Shown piece after piece: positions 36,861 through 46,607 of a stretch of 64,000 bases of DNA. The stretch is taken from the sequence record DRR723986_10959; one strand, given 5' to 3'. Position 1 is the first letter of the stretch. Every line of letters begins with the position of its first letter. The position numbers and the translations under genes were made by a program. The notes below the pieces were generated by a model. It was not told where the DNA came from, did no database searches, and saw nothing but the letters and a program-made list of their open reading frames with translations.

Positions 36861-39800
36861 TTATTTTTCTCTAATCAAAGTAACATTTCCTTGTCCACTT
36901 TGAGTATCTGAATTTGTATAGACAATTTCATAGGTATAGAAATAAACACCATCATTACATGGACTTCCATTTTTATTATTTCCATCCCAGAAATCTGTGA
37001 TATTATTTAACTCAGTAACAACCACTCCCCATCTGTCAACAATTGTACAATGGAAAGTTTCAACTGCCTTAGCTGTTTCATAGAACTGGAAAACATCATT
37101 TTCACCGTTTGATCCAGGTGTGAAAATGTTTACCGGTGTAAAATCTGGTTGATCGTGAACGATTATATCCTTACAATACATGTCTTCACAGCCAAAAATA
37201 TTAATCGCTATCAAGCACACCTCATAGGTAAACTCTCCCGTATAAGTAGTATCTAACTCTTCATACCAACTTTCTGAATGATATCCAGGAGCTCCTCCAT
37301 TCGGAAATTCATCTTCCCAATTCAGATGCCAGAAGAATGTCGTGTCTCCACTCACATCTGGAGCGTTAGGATTTTGAAATGCGAAATCAGTTGATTGGTT
37401 TACGAAATGAACATCTACAGGAGCTGTTCCTTCACAATTATCATCCAATTGATCTGAAGTAATTGTAAAAAATGCATTCGGTGAGATAGAATCTAAAGTG
37501 ATAGTTTCAGTCAATTGACAACCTAAATTATCAGTATAGGTAATTTGGTAATCACCTGGGTTTAGACCTCCCCATGTTGAACTCGTTTGAGTTTGACCTG
37601 TGGCTAAGTTTGTCCACAAATAAGGTGAAGGTAACATTCCTACTCCAGATCCTCCTGAGGCAGCAGCAAACACAATTCCTCCACCATTTTGATCTCCAGT
37701 CATTCTACAAAGTGAAGCATGAAAATCTAATTCATTAAAAACTAATGGCGGATTCTCAGTTAGTGTAAATTCATATTGATTTGAACAAGACTGTGCATCT
37801 TGAACAGTTATTACATAAGTACCTGCAGGTAAAGGACTCGCAGAATTTGAAGATGTTGGAGGATTTGGAATTACTCCGTTCATCTCCCAGATATAAATGA
37901 TGTTTCCTTGGGCATTCCATACTGTATCTACAATAATACCACCAGTATTGTCACCGTAACAATCAATATCTTTTAAGGTAAACTCTGCCCAAATTGAATC
38001 TGGTTGATCAATAAATTGAATAATTGAATCGGTACATCCATTAGCATCTGTTACCGTTCCTTGATACCATCCACTTGCTAATAAGTTAGCAGTGTTAGAT
38101 CCTACATTATTTAATTGAGTTGCAATATCAGATGTATCGGCAATAAAATAAGTATACGCTGGAGATCCTCCTGTAGATGAAATCGTAAATGACCCGTTAG
38201 CGTCACCGTAACAATTTGGTTCACTTGAATTTGTAACAAACACATCTAATTCTTGAGGAGCTGTAATTTCAATAGGAATACATACTTCGCATCCTACAGG
38301 CATTGTATTATCAGTTGCGCAAACCACCCAAATTCCGGGAGCCATTCCTGTTTCTGACAAGTGTGTATTAGCGGTATTCCCTACTTGATTTCCTGAAGGA
38401 TCAGTCCAAACTATTGAAGTTATTGTATTTCCATTTGGATTTCCGAATTGGTCAACTGGCGTCACTGTAATTGTAGCTGAACCATTTCCATCTCCAAAAC
38501 AATCTTCACCAGTTACAAAAACGGTATCTACATCTACATAATTACCTGCCGAAGTGATAGTAACAACAGAATCAGCTGTACAACCAGCTGCATCTGAAAC
38601 TACAATTGGTACTAATGTACCAGCTACATTATTATAAGATTGAGTCGTTCCCGGAAGTGGCGCTCCACCAGCCATAGAAATTAAATAAGGAGCACCGTTT
38701 CCAGATGTTCCGTTCACTGTTACATCAACTTGTCCGGGTGTTCCTGCTGGACATGATGCAGCCGCTGTTATAGTTACATCAGTAATTACAGGGCCTGAGA
38801 AAATTCCATTTGCAGTAGCAGTACATCCTTGAGCATCAGTAATCGAAATACTCCATGTATTATTATTCTCTAAATCTGAAATCGTTGCTGTACCACCATT
38901 GTTAACAGTTGTACTAGCTAAATTCCCTGCACCTGTATTCACAATTGTATAGTTACCATCTCCTCCAGAAATCTGAATATCAACTCCGTTCACGGTAGTT
39001 GGCGGATTACAATTCAAAGAATTTGTTGTGGTAATTGCACAAGCATAAGTCACCTCAATTGGGGCCCCAAGATTGTAGCAACCATTCCCATTTTTATCCC
39101 AGTGCAATGAACCATTATCATTCGTCCCGTTTGATACATTATTATTTCCACCTATACCGTCATCACCTGCAACAGGCACAAAGAAATATGTTCCGCATCC
39201 AAAATTTGTAATAATTGGACTCGCTCCATTATTCATATCGTTAATATCATCCGCTGGAATTGCAAAATTCAAGAAGTTAGGATCCATTGAAGGGTCAGCT
39301 ACTGAAGGTGGAGCACTATACACCAACCATAATAATTGTGCTGTGTATATTCCATCACCTAAAGGTTGAGCAATCGTATCATTTGGTAATATATAATCTT
39401 GATTTGAAGTAATCGCTATTTGATCATTTTCACATAAATAAACAGCGTTTTGGGTGACATTCCCATTTTTTGTAATGACAAATGTTCCAGGATCAGAAAC
39501 ACATGGCGGTGCAACGATAATATTACAATCTAGGTCACCAGCTCCAGCTTGGCCAGCATTTGTTTGTGTAAAATCAACATTCTGAACTGAATTGGCGTAA
39601 TTCGTAATTAACAATACATATATTTCTCCTACTACTGCTCCGTTAATCGTAGGTGTCTCCATATTGGTTGCAGAGTAGCTGCAATCAATAACATTTCCTC
39701 CTGCACCACCGTTTCCGTAACTGTTACATCCGTTTTGGGCATCTACAAGATTATTAAATGGTCCATAGATAATGAAATCAATATCCTGTGGAGCTGATAA

Positions 39801-40058
39801 AGAGAACTGTAAATTTCCCGAAACTCCAACTTGCATATAATACCATGTCGGGTTCGGTGAAGAACCTAAGCAGTTATAATCATTGCCGGGATTAGTAATT
39901 GAGGCGTCTTGCACATTTGAACTGGCCGTAAATTGCACACCTGAATTACTACATATTGGCTCCAAAGTATTACAGTCAGCGTTAGCTTGAGCAAATGAAC
40001 CGATTGACGTAAGCATCAAAGAAAATGATGCCGTTATTTTTAAAATGGATTTGAGCAT
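36861..40058 (-). CDS. Large secreted SprB-repeat protein with T9SS type B (gliding-motility-associated) C-terminal domain
   Basis: Signal peptide; repeats such as CYGDANGS...GGSPAYTY...VTDANGCT; CTD NIFTPG.NG.ND...IVDRWG...WDG...GVYFY...GNVTLIR. Confidence 0.88.
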   Translation of the reverse strand: MLKSILKITASFSLMLTSIGSFAQANADCNTLEPICSNSGVQFTASSNVQDASITNPGNDYNCLGSSPNPTWYYMQVGVSGNLQFSLSAPQDIDFIIYGPFNNLVDAQNGCNSYGNGGAGGNVIDCSYSATNMETPTINGAVVGEIYVLLITNYANSVQNVDFTQTNAGQAGAGDLDCNIIVAPPCVSDPGTFVITKNGNVTQNAVYLCENDQIAITSNQDYILPNDTIAQPLGDGIYTAQLLWLVYSAPPSVADPSMDPNFLNFAIPADDINDMNNGASPIITNFGCGTYFFVPVAGDDGIGGNNNVSNGTNDNGSLHWDKNGNGCYNLGAPIEVTYACAITTTNSLNCNPPTTVNGVDIQISGGDGNYTIVNTGAGNLASTTVNNGGTATISDLENNNTWSISITDAQGCTATANGIFSGPVITDVTITAAASCPAGTPGQVDVTVNGTSGNGAPYLISMAGGAPLPGTTQSYNNVAGTLVPIVVSDAAGCTADSVVTITSAGNYVDVDTVFVTGEDCFGDGNGSATITVTPVDQFGNPNGNTITSIVWTDPSGNQVGNTANTHLSETGMAPGIWVVCATDNTMPVGCEVCIPIEITAPQELDVFVTNSSEPNCYGDANGSFTISSTGGSPAYTYFIADTSDIATQLNNVGSNTANLLASGWYQGTVTDANGCTDSIIQFIDQPDSIWAEFTLKDIDCYGDNTGGIIVDTVWNAQGNIIYIWEMNGVIPNPPTSSNSASPLPAGTYVITVQDAQSCSNQYEFTLTENPPLVFNELDFHASLCRMTGDQNGGGIVFAAASGGSGVGMLPSPYLWTNLATGQTQTSSTWGGLNPGDYQITYTDNLGCQLTETITLDSISPNAFFTITSDQLDDNCEGTAPVDVHFVNQSTDFAFQNPNAPDVSGDTTFFWHLNWEDEFPNGGAPGYHSESWYEELDTTYTGEFTYEVCLIAINIFGCEDMYCKDIIVHDQPDFTPVNIFTPGSNGENDVFQFYETAKAVETFHCTIVDRWGVVVTELNNITDFWDGNNKNGSPCNDGVYFYTYEIVYTNSDTQSGQGNVTLIREK

Positions 40059-40069
40059 AATTTTCTTTT

Positions 40070-40366
40070 TTATTTTTTCAATTCAGCAATTCTTTTTCTT
40101 AAATCTTCACGAGTTTTATCCGCATTTTCAAACCAGTTAGTTTCATTAGCAGTTTTCAACTCTTCTGGATTAGATCTTATCCAAGCCTCTTTTTTATCAA
40201 TTGCTTCAATTTGAGATTGACAATTTTTGATTTCTTGTTCTGGCGTGATATTGTTTGTTTCAATTGGAACCAACTTCATGGGCTGATTTTGATTCTTTTT
40301 CTCTTGCGCTTGCCCACTGATAGCAGCAGTTAGCATCAATACGCCGATTAATAATGTTTTTTTCAT
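40070..40366 (-). CDS. Small secreted hypothetical protein
   Basis: Signal peptide, helical charged mature part, 11 bp upstream of the T9SS gene. Confidence 0.6.
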   Translation of the reverse strand: MKKTLLIGVLMLTAAISGQAQEKKNQNQPMKLVPIETNNITPEQEIKNCQSQIEAIDKKEAWIRSNPEELKTANETNWFENADKTREDLRKRIAELKK

Positions 40367-40548
40367 TGTCTTAATTAAGGTGAATGACTATTACCAAAAC
40401 GCAGTAAAACTCTCAGAAGTTGCACCACTTTTTACAAAAATGTGATTTTTTTTTCAGTAATCATAGAGAACGTTAATATTCTTATTTATTGTGCAAAACT
40501 TTGGGATTAAAATAAAGTTTATAAAGCCATTAGGATTTAAAATAAATT

Positions 40549-40556
40549 TACTTTTG
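40549..40556 (+). promoter_or_regulatory. -7 promoter element for the transketolase unit
   Basis: TACTTTTG. Confidence 0.5.
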
Positions 40557-40579
40557 ACAATTCAAACTGATGAATCAAT

Positions 40580-41422
40580 ATGGAAGTAGCCGAATTACAA
40601 AAAATTAGTTCTCAAATTAGAAGAGATATCGTTAGAATGGTAAGTGATGTGCAATCCGGTCACCCAGGTGGGTCTCTTGGCTGTGCGGATTTTTTCGCAG
40701 CCTTATATTTTGAAATTATGGACATAGATCCTGCTAAATTTGAGATGGATGGAAAAGGAGAAGATTTATTCTTTTTATCAAATGGTCACATTTCTCCTGT
40801 GCTATATAGCACTTTAGCGCATAGAGGATTTTTTGACAAATCAGAATTGGCGACTTTCAGATTAATTGATAGTAGATTACAAGGTCATCCTAGTCCAGCA
40901 AAAAATTTACCAGGTGTAAGAATTGCCACTGGATCATTAGGTCAAGGACTTTCTGTTGGGATTGGAGCTGCACTCGCCAAAAAATTAAATGGTGACGAAA
41001 AGATAGTTTACACGTTACATGGTGACGGGGAATTACAAGAAGGTCAAATTTGGGAGGCGGCAATGTATGCGGCAGGAAATAAGGTGGACAACCTTATTGC
41101 AACCATAGATTATAACCATAAACAAATTGATGGCGATATTGATGATGTGTTACCAATGGGAGATTTGGCACAAAAATGGCAAGCCTTCGGTTGGGAAGTG
41201 TTAAAAATGGATGGACATAATCATGAAGAAATTGTTCAAACCTTAACCAAAGCAAAAAGTATGTGCGGAAACGGAAAACCGATTGTGATCATTATGGAAA
41301 CCATTATGGGGAATGGCGTAGATTTCATGATGCACACACATAAGTGGCACGGTTCAGCTCCTTCTGCTGAGCAAGCCAAAGAAGCACTTTCTCAACTAAC
41401 AGAAACTCTTGGAGATTATTAG
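40580..41422 (+). CDS. Transketolase, N-terminal (TPP-binding) subunit
   Basis: SGHPGGSLG, LSNGH, LQGHP, TGSLGQG, GDGELQEGQIWEA, KWHG. Confidence 0.93.
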   Translation: MEVAELQKISSQIRRDIVRMVSDVQSGHPGGSLGCADFFAALYFEIMDIDPAKFEMDGKGEDLFFLSNGHISPVLYSTLAHRGFFDKSELATFRLIDSRLQGHPSPAKNLPGVRIATGSLGQGLSVGIGAALAKKLNGDEKIVYTLHGDGELQEGQIWEAAMYAAGNKVDNLIATIDYNHKQIDGDIDDVLPMGDLAQKWQAFGWEVLKMDGHNHEEIVQTLTKAKSMCGNGKPIVIIMETIMGNGVDFMMHTHKWHGSAPSAEQAKEALSQLTETLGDY

Positions 41423-42789
41423 TGAGAAAATTCTTGTCCATATTATTTATCCTTTTTCTCTTTGCGCCAAGTTACGTTAAGGCCCAAGAGTTAACTCGAA
41501 TTCTTTTTATTTTTGATGCATCTAACTCCATGAATGGAAAATGGGAAGGTGCGACAAAAATTCAATTGGCCAGAGAAATCCTAGGCGAAGCAATTGATGA
41601 CTTAGAAGGCACGCCTAATCTAGAATTGGCATTGCGAGTTTATGGACACCAATCTCCAGTTACACCTACCTATCAAGACTGTGATGACACCAAGTTAGAA
41701 GTAGAATTTGGACAAGATAATTTTGGAAGAATTAAAAACTTCATCAACCGCGTTGAACCTAAAGGAACAACGCCAATAGCTCGTTCCTTAGAAGCTGCGG
41801 CAGGAGATTTCCCGGACAAGAATGCTAGAAATATCATTATTCTAATAACAGACGGATTGGAGGCTTGTGACCAATTCCCTTGTGAAGTTGCCGCTAAATT
41901 AAAAGCAAAAGATATTAATGTCACACCATTCGTAGTTGGGCTAGGAATCGATTTGAAATATTTGAACGAATTTGACTGTATTGGAAGGTTTTATGAGGCC
42001 TCTACTCTACAATCATTCAAAAAAGTGATGAAATCAGTAATTCTAGATGCGTTAAACAACACAACAGCTCAAATTAATTTAAATGATATTCATGCTAAAC
42101 CTACAGAAACAAATACAACCGTTTTCCTTTATAAGGCTGGAACCAAAGAACTAAAATACACTTTCATGCATACCATGAATTTCAAAAATCAGCCAGATAC
42201 AATTGTGGTAATTGACCCATCTATTCAATATGATATGGTTGTAAACACATTACCTCAGGTGACCGTTAAGGGACTAAAGTTGTATAAGGGCCAACACAAC
42301 ATTCTTCCAGCAGATTGTCCTCAAGGAATGTTAAAAGTAAGAATTAAAGGACCTACTAAAACTTCTAATGTTAAAGTGAGAGTATCTCAAAAAGGAAAAG
42401 CAGTAACCTTAAATGTTCAGGATATAGACCTTATCCAACGGTATATTGTTGGTGAATATGATCTTGAGATCCTCACCTTACCTAGAATTTATAAAAAGAA
42501 TGTAAAAATCACCCAAAGTCAACATACTTATATCGACATTCCTGGATCAGGATTATTAGACTATAGAGCAACCAAGCCTATTGTCGGACAGCTGTTTTTG
42601 TTGAACGACCAGGACGAAACAGCTGAATGGGTATGCGATTTTGCACAAGATGAGACAATGGGCAAGTTTTATTTACAGCCTGGAAAATATAAAGTAGTAT
42701 ACCGTTGGTCAGAATCTGTATCAACTGATTATACTGCCCAAAAATCATTCACAATCAAACCCGGTGGTAACACCACTATAAACCTCTAA
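41422..42789 (+). CDS. Secreted VWA-domain protein
   Basis: GTG start, signal peptide, MIDAS DASNS, GTTPIA, LITDG, C-terminal beta-sandwich-like repeats. Confidence 0.85.
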   Translation: MRKFLSILFILFLFAPSYVKAQELTRILFIFDASNSMNGKWEGATKIQLAREILGEAIDDLEGTPNLELALRVYGHQSPVTPTYQDCDDTKLEVEFGQDNFGRIKNFINRVEPKGTTPIARSLEAAAGDFPDKNARNIIILITDGLEACDQFPCEVAAKLKAKDINVTPFVVGLGIDLKYLNEFDCIGRFYEASTLQSFKKVMKSVILDALNNTTAQINLNDIHAKPTETNTTVFLYKAGTKELKYTFMHTMNFKNQPDTIVVIDPSIQYDMVVNTLPQVTVKGLKLYKGQHNILPADCPQGMLKVRIKGPTKTSNVKVRVSQKGKAVTLNVQDIDLIQRYIVGEYDLEILTLPRIYKKNVKITQSQHTYIDIPGSGLLDYRATKPIVGQLFLLNDQDETAEWVCDFAQDETMGKFYLQPGKYKVVYRWSESVSTDYTAQKSFTIKPGGNTTINL

Positions 42790-42796
42790 TTCAAAA

Positions 42797-43750
42797 ATGA
42801 AAACATTTGAAATCATTGATCACAAAGACACACGTTCAGGATTTGGCGCTGGACTGCAAGAGTTAGGTAAAACCAACCCAAATGTGGTTGCTCTTTGCGC
42901 AGATCTTATTGGTTCTTTAAAAATGAACGCATTCAAAAATGAAAATCCTGACAGATTTTTTCAAATAGGAATTGCTGAAGCCAACATGATTGGTATCGCG
43001 GCAGGCTTAACTATTGGAGGTAAAATTCCGTTCACTGGAACATTTGCAAACTTCAGTACCGGTAGGGTTTATGATCAAATTCGTCAATCTGTAGCTTACT
43101 CAAATAAGAACGTTAAAATTTGTGCTTCACACGCTGGTTTGACTTTAGGAGAAGATGGTGCTACACATCAAATATTAGAAGACATTGGCTTAATGAAAAT
43201 GTTACCTAACATGACAGTAATCTCTCCTTGTGACTATAATGAAACTAAGGCTGCCACCATAGCAATTGCTGAATATGAAGGTCCAGTTTATTTAAGATTT
43301 GGACGTCCAAAGGTTCCTAATTTTACTGATCCTAACAAAAAATTTGTGATTGGTAAAGCAGATGTTATGAATGAAGGTAAAGACGTAACTATCTTAGCAA
43401 CAGGTCATTTGGTTTGGAAAGCGATTGAAGCAGGAAAGGCATTATTGGAAAAAGGAATCAATCCTGAAATAATAAATGTGCATACGATTAAACCATTTGA
43501 TGAAGAGACAGTCTTAAATTCAATTAACAAGACTAAATGTGTAGTAACCGCTGAAGAACACATGATGAATGGAGGTTTAGGTGATACAGTAGCTCAGTTA
43601 TTGGCTCGAAAATTACCAAGTCCATTAGAAATGGTTGCAGTAAACGACACATTCGGTGAAAGTGGAAAAGGTGAAGAATTACTTACAAAATACGGGGTCA
43701 ACACCCAAGACGTCATTGCGGCAGCAGAAAGAGCTGTCCAAAGAAAGTAA
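42797..43750 (+). CDS. Transketolase, C-terminal subunit
   Basis: ADLIGS, GIAEANM, YDQIR, GEDGATHQ, YLRFGR, TIKPFD, EEH, FGESG. Confidence 0.93.
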   Translation: MKTFEIIDHKDTRSGFGAGLQELGKTNPNVVALCADLIGSLKMNAFKNENPDRFFQIGIAEANMIGIAAGLTIGGKIPFTGTFANFSTGRVYDQIRQSVAYSNKNVKICASHAGLTLGEDGATHQILEDIGLMKMLPNMTVISPCDYNETKAATIAIAEYEGPVYLRFGRPKVPNFTDPNKKFVIGKADVMNEGKDVTILATGHLVWKAIEAGKALLEKGINPEIINVHTIKPFDEETVLNSINKTKCVVTAEEHMMNGGLGDTVAQLLARKLPSPLEMVAVNDTFGESGKGEELLTKYGVNTQDVIAAAERAVQRK

Positions 43751-43763
43751 TTCATCCAATCAC

Positions 43764-44336
43764 TTGAAAATTGTAGGAAAAGATAATTCGGAAGAACAGC
43801 CAGTACTCGTTGATAAAGCATTGCTGGATGAGTATAAAATCAATCCTGCAAGAGCCTTCGAAAAAATTGTCAAAAAGTATCAGGAACGTATTTATTGGCA
43901 AATAAGAAAACTGGTTAAAAACCATGACGATACGGAAGATGTCATGCAAAATGTGTTTATCAAAGCTTGGAAAGGTCTAGATAATTTTAGAGAAGAGGCT
44001 AACTTATATACCTGGTTATATCGAATAGCTTTTAACGAAACGCACACATTTCTTTCAAAAAACTCGAAAATGACCAAAGTGGATCTTGATCCTCCTTTAT
44101 TCGAGAATCAATTAGCTACGGACGGAAAGGAAATGAGCGGAGAGGCCATTGAAAAAGTATTACTTGACGCACTAAACACCTTGCCTGAAAAGCAAAGGTT
44201 GGTATTTGAATTGAAATATTTTCAAGAACTAAAGTTCAAAGAAATATCCGAAATGTTAGGCACGAGTGTTGGAGGATTAAAAGCATCTTATCATTTAGCA
44301 GCCAAAAAAATTGAAGAAATAATTAAATCACTTTAA
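43764..44336 (+). CDS. ECF-type RNA polymerase sigma factor
   Basis: EDVMQNVFIKAW, TWLYRIA, LPEKQRLVF, EISEMLGTSVGGLKASYH; start uncertain (TTG 43764 avoids overlap with tkt). Confidence 0.9.
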   Translation: MKIVGKDNSEEQPVLVDKALLDEYKINPARAFEKIVKKYQERIYWQIRKLVKNHDDTEDVMQNVFIKAWKGLDNFREEANLYTWLYRIAFNETHTFLSKNSKMTKVDLDPPLFENQLATDGKEMSGEAIEKVLLDALNTLPEKQRLVFELKYFQELKFKEISEMLGTSVGGLKASYHLAAKKIEEIIKSL

Positions 44337-44368
44337 TCCTTTCAGCAAAATAACAGTCAAAAGAACAA

Positions 44369-44902
44369 GTGGAAGAAAAATACAACATATTAGATAATTT
44401 AAAGAAGTCAGCTAAACCTGAGATTCCTGAAGGATTCTTCGATAACTTTCATTCTAAAATGAGTGGTATAATCGAAGGTGAAACATCTGATATTCAGTTT
44501 CAAAAGTCTTCTAAACCAGAGGTTCCAAAAGACTTCTTTGCAAATTTTTCAGCTGATTTGATGAACAAAATTGAGACTGAAGAAACTACGACTCAAATTC
44601 CAGAAAGAGTTTGGCCAATGAAATTGATTGGATTCGTTTCTGCTGTTGCAGCATGTGCACTTATTTTCTTCATGATTCAACCAGATAATGAAGTTGAAAT
44701 TGCAGAAGTGACTGTTGATTCAGAGCAGGTAGAGGAAGAACAAGTAGAGTCTTATTTGGCGTTTTTAGATGAAGATGAAATTGTAGATTTTTTATTGGAA
44801 AATGAGGACATAGAAATCACAGATGAGTTGACAGATGAGGAAGAGGATGAGTATTACTTTCTTGAAGAGGACATTGAAGAATTGTATTTAGAAGATTTAT
44901 AA
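44369..44902 (+). CDS. Putative anti-sigma factor
   Basis: Follows the ECF sigma; duplicated P(E/K)(G/D)FF.NF motif, single TM helix, acidic tail. Confidence 0.7.
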   Translation: MEEKYNILDNLKKSAKPEIPEGFFDNFHSKMSGIIEGETSDIQFQKSSKPEVPKDFFANFSADLMNKIETEETTTQIPERVWPMKLIGFVSAVAACALIFFMIQPDNEVEIAEVTVDSEQVEEEQVESYLAFLDEDEIVDFLLENEDIEITDELTDEEEDEYYFLEEDIEELYLEDL

Positions 44903-44903
44903 A

Positions 44904-45386
44904 ATGAAACAGTTATTAGTCATATTATTAGTATCGGTTGGTTTAAACTCCATGGCTCAAAAGGGCGGAAACAATCGTGATCGGGAAGAGCAAATTCAAG
45001 CTCAAAAAGTTGCATTTATATCGAGTGTTTTAAACTTGAGTCCAAAAGAAGCGGAAGTTTTTTGGCCTGTCTACAATGAATATGACGCCAAAATTGAGGA
45101 AACCAGAAAAGCAGGACGTAAATTGCATAAAGAACTCAGAAACATGGACGAAATGTCTGCTGAAGAGGCCTATTCTAAAACAGAAGAGCTATTTGCTATC
45201 GATAAAAAAGAGAATGCGATCAGAACAGAATATTTAGGTAAATTTGCTCAAGTTCTTGACAAGAAAAAAGCGGCAAAAGTATTTCTTGCCGAAGAAAGAT
45301 TCAAAAGAGAACTGTTGAAGAAAATTAAAAAAGGAAATCATCAAGGTGCAGGACATGGCGGACCTCCAGGCGGACCAAACAGGTAA
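44904..45386 (+). CDS. Periplasmic Spy/CpxP-like partner of the ECF system
   Basis: Signal peptide, KVAFI...LNLSPKEAEVFWPVYNEY, helical Lys-rich body. Confidence 0.7.
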   Translation: MKQLLVILLVSVGLNSMAQKGGNNRDREEQIQAQKVAFISSVLNLSPKEAEVFWPVYNEYDAKIEETRKAGRKLHKELRNMDEMSAEEAYSKTEELFAIDKKENAIRTEYLGKFAQVLDKKKAAKVFLAEERFKRELLKKIKKGNHQGAGHGGPPGGPNR

Positions 45387-46557
45387 CTTTTTAAAGCGTT
45401 TAGCTCAGACGAATCCCAACCCATTTTTAATAGAGGTTGATCGCGCTGAAGGCATTTATATTTGGGACAAGTCAGGCAAAAAATATATGGATATGATCGC
45501 CGGCGTTGCGGTCAACAATATAGGTCATAATAATCCAAAAGTAGTTCAAGCCATAAAAGATCAGGTAGACAAGCATTTACATGTCATGGTTTATGGCGAA
45601 TTTGTTCAAACCGCTCAAGTCAATTTAGCGCAATCGATACAACAACTCTTACCAAGCCACCTAAATTGCGCCTATATAGTAAACTCCGGGACAGAGGCTA
45701 ATGAAGGGGCCCTTAAACTCGCGAAACGCGCTACAGGAAGACATGAAATCGTTTCTTTTAAAGGATCCTATCACGGATCAACGCACGGCTCACTGAGTGT
45801 TTCAGGGAATGAAACCAAAAAAGCCGCATTCAGACCTTTATTGCCAGGGGTAAGTTTTATTAATTTTAATCGATTAGAAGATTTAGAAGAAATTTCTGAA
45901 AAAACGGCTGCAGTGATCATTGAGACTGTACAAGGAGATGCCGGCGTTAGAATTCCAAGCTCAGATTTTTTAAAAGCTTTAAGGCAAAGATGTAATGAAA
46001 CTGGAGCTCTTCTTATTTTTGATGAAATTCAATGTGGAATTGGCAGAACCGGTAAAAACTTTGCATTCGAGCATTTTGGAATTACACCAGACATATTAAC
46101 TTTAGGAAAAGCGTTGGGTGGTGGAATGCCAATTGGTGCATTTGTTTCATCCCAGAAACTCATGTCACAATTAAGTTTTAATCCAATGCTTGGTCATATT
46201 ACAACTTTTGGAGGCCATCCAGTTGTATGTGCTGCTGCACATGCCTGTTTAGAGGTGTTACAAACTGAAAAATGGGTGGAGGAGGCTGAATCAAAAGGTC
46301 AATTACTAGAATCCTTGCTTACCAAGCATCCTAAAATTTCCGAAATCAGAAGAATCGGATTGATGTTCGCTATTGATATGGAGAGCGCCGAACAGGTTCA
46401 ACAAGTGGTTGATAAATGTTTAGATATGGGATTAATCAGTTTCTGGTTCTTATCTCACCCCAATAGTTTTAGGCTCTCCCCTCCTATCTCCATTTCAAAA
46501 GAAGAAATTCAACAAGCCGGTGAGATTATTCTAAAGGCTTTGAATGCGTTAAAATAA
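45346..46557 (+). CDS. Class III PLP aminotransferase (acetylornithine aminotransferase-like)
   Basis: NSGTEANEGA, SYHG, ETVQGDAG, FDEIQCG.GRTG, GKALGGGMP, TTFGGHP; start may be ATG 45355. Confidence 0.88.
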   Translation: MQDMADLQADQTGNFLKRLAQTNPNPFLIEVDRAEGIYIWDKSGKKYMDMIAGVAVNNIGHNNPKVVQAIKDQVDKHLHVMVYGEFVQTAQVNLAQSIQQLLPSHLNCAYIVNSGTEANEGALKLAKRATGRHEIVSFKGSYHGSTHGSLSVSGNETKKAAFRPLLPGVSFINFNRLEDLEEISEKTAAVIIETVQGDAGVRIPSSDFLKALRQRCNETGALLIFDEIQCGIGRTGKNFAFEHFGITPDILTLGKALGGGMPIGAFVSSQKLMSQLSFNPMLGHITTFGGHPVVCAAAHACLEVLQTEKWVEEAESKGQLLESLLTKHPKISEIRRIGLMFAIDMESAEQVQQVVDKCLDMGLISFWFLSHPNSFRLSPPISISKEEIQQAGEIILKALNALK

Positions 46558-46585
46558 AAAAGGACCTGTATTAGCAGATCCTTTT
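46557..46585. terminator. Probable bidirectional terminator between convergent genes
   Basis: aaaaggacctg-tattag-cagatcctttt imperfect stem flanked by A and T runs. Confidence 0.55.
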
Positions 46586-46607
46586 CAATTGTTTAGTCCT
46601 CTATTTC

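Noticed and set aside
43656-43763. N-terminal extension of the ECF sigma in the ORF track
   Set aside because: Overlaps the transketolase C-terminal gene by about 95 bp and has no sigma-like sequence; a later start is more plausible.
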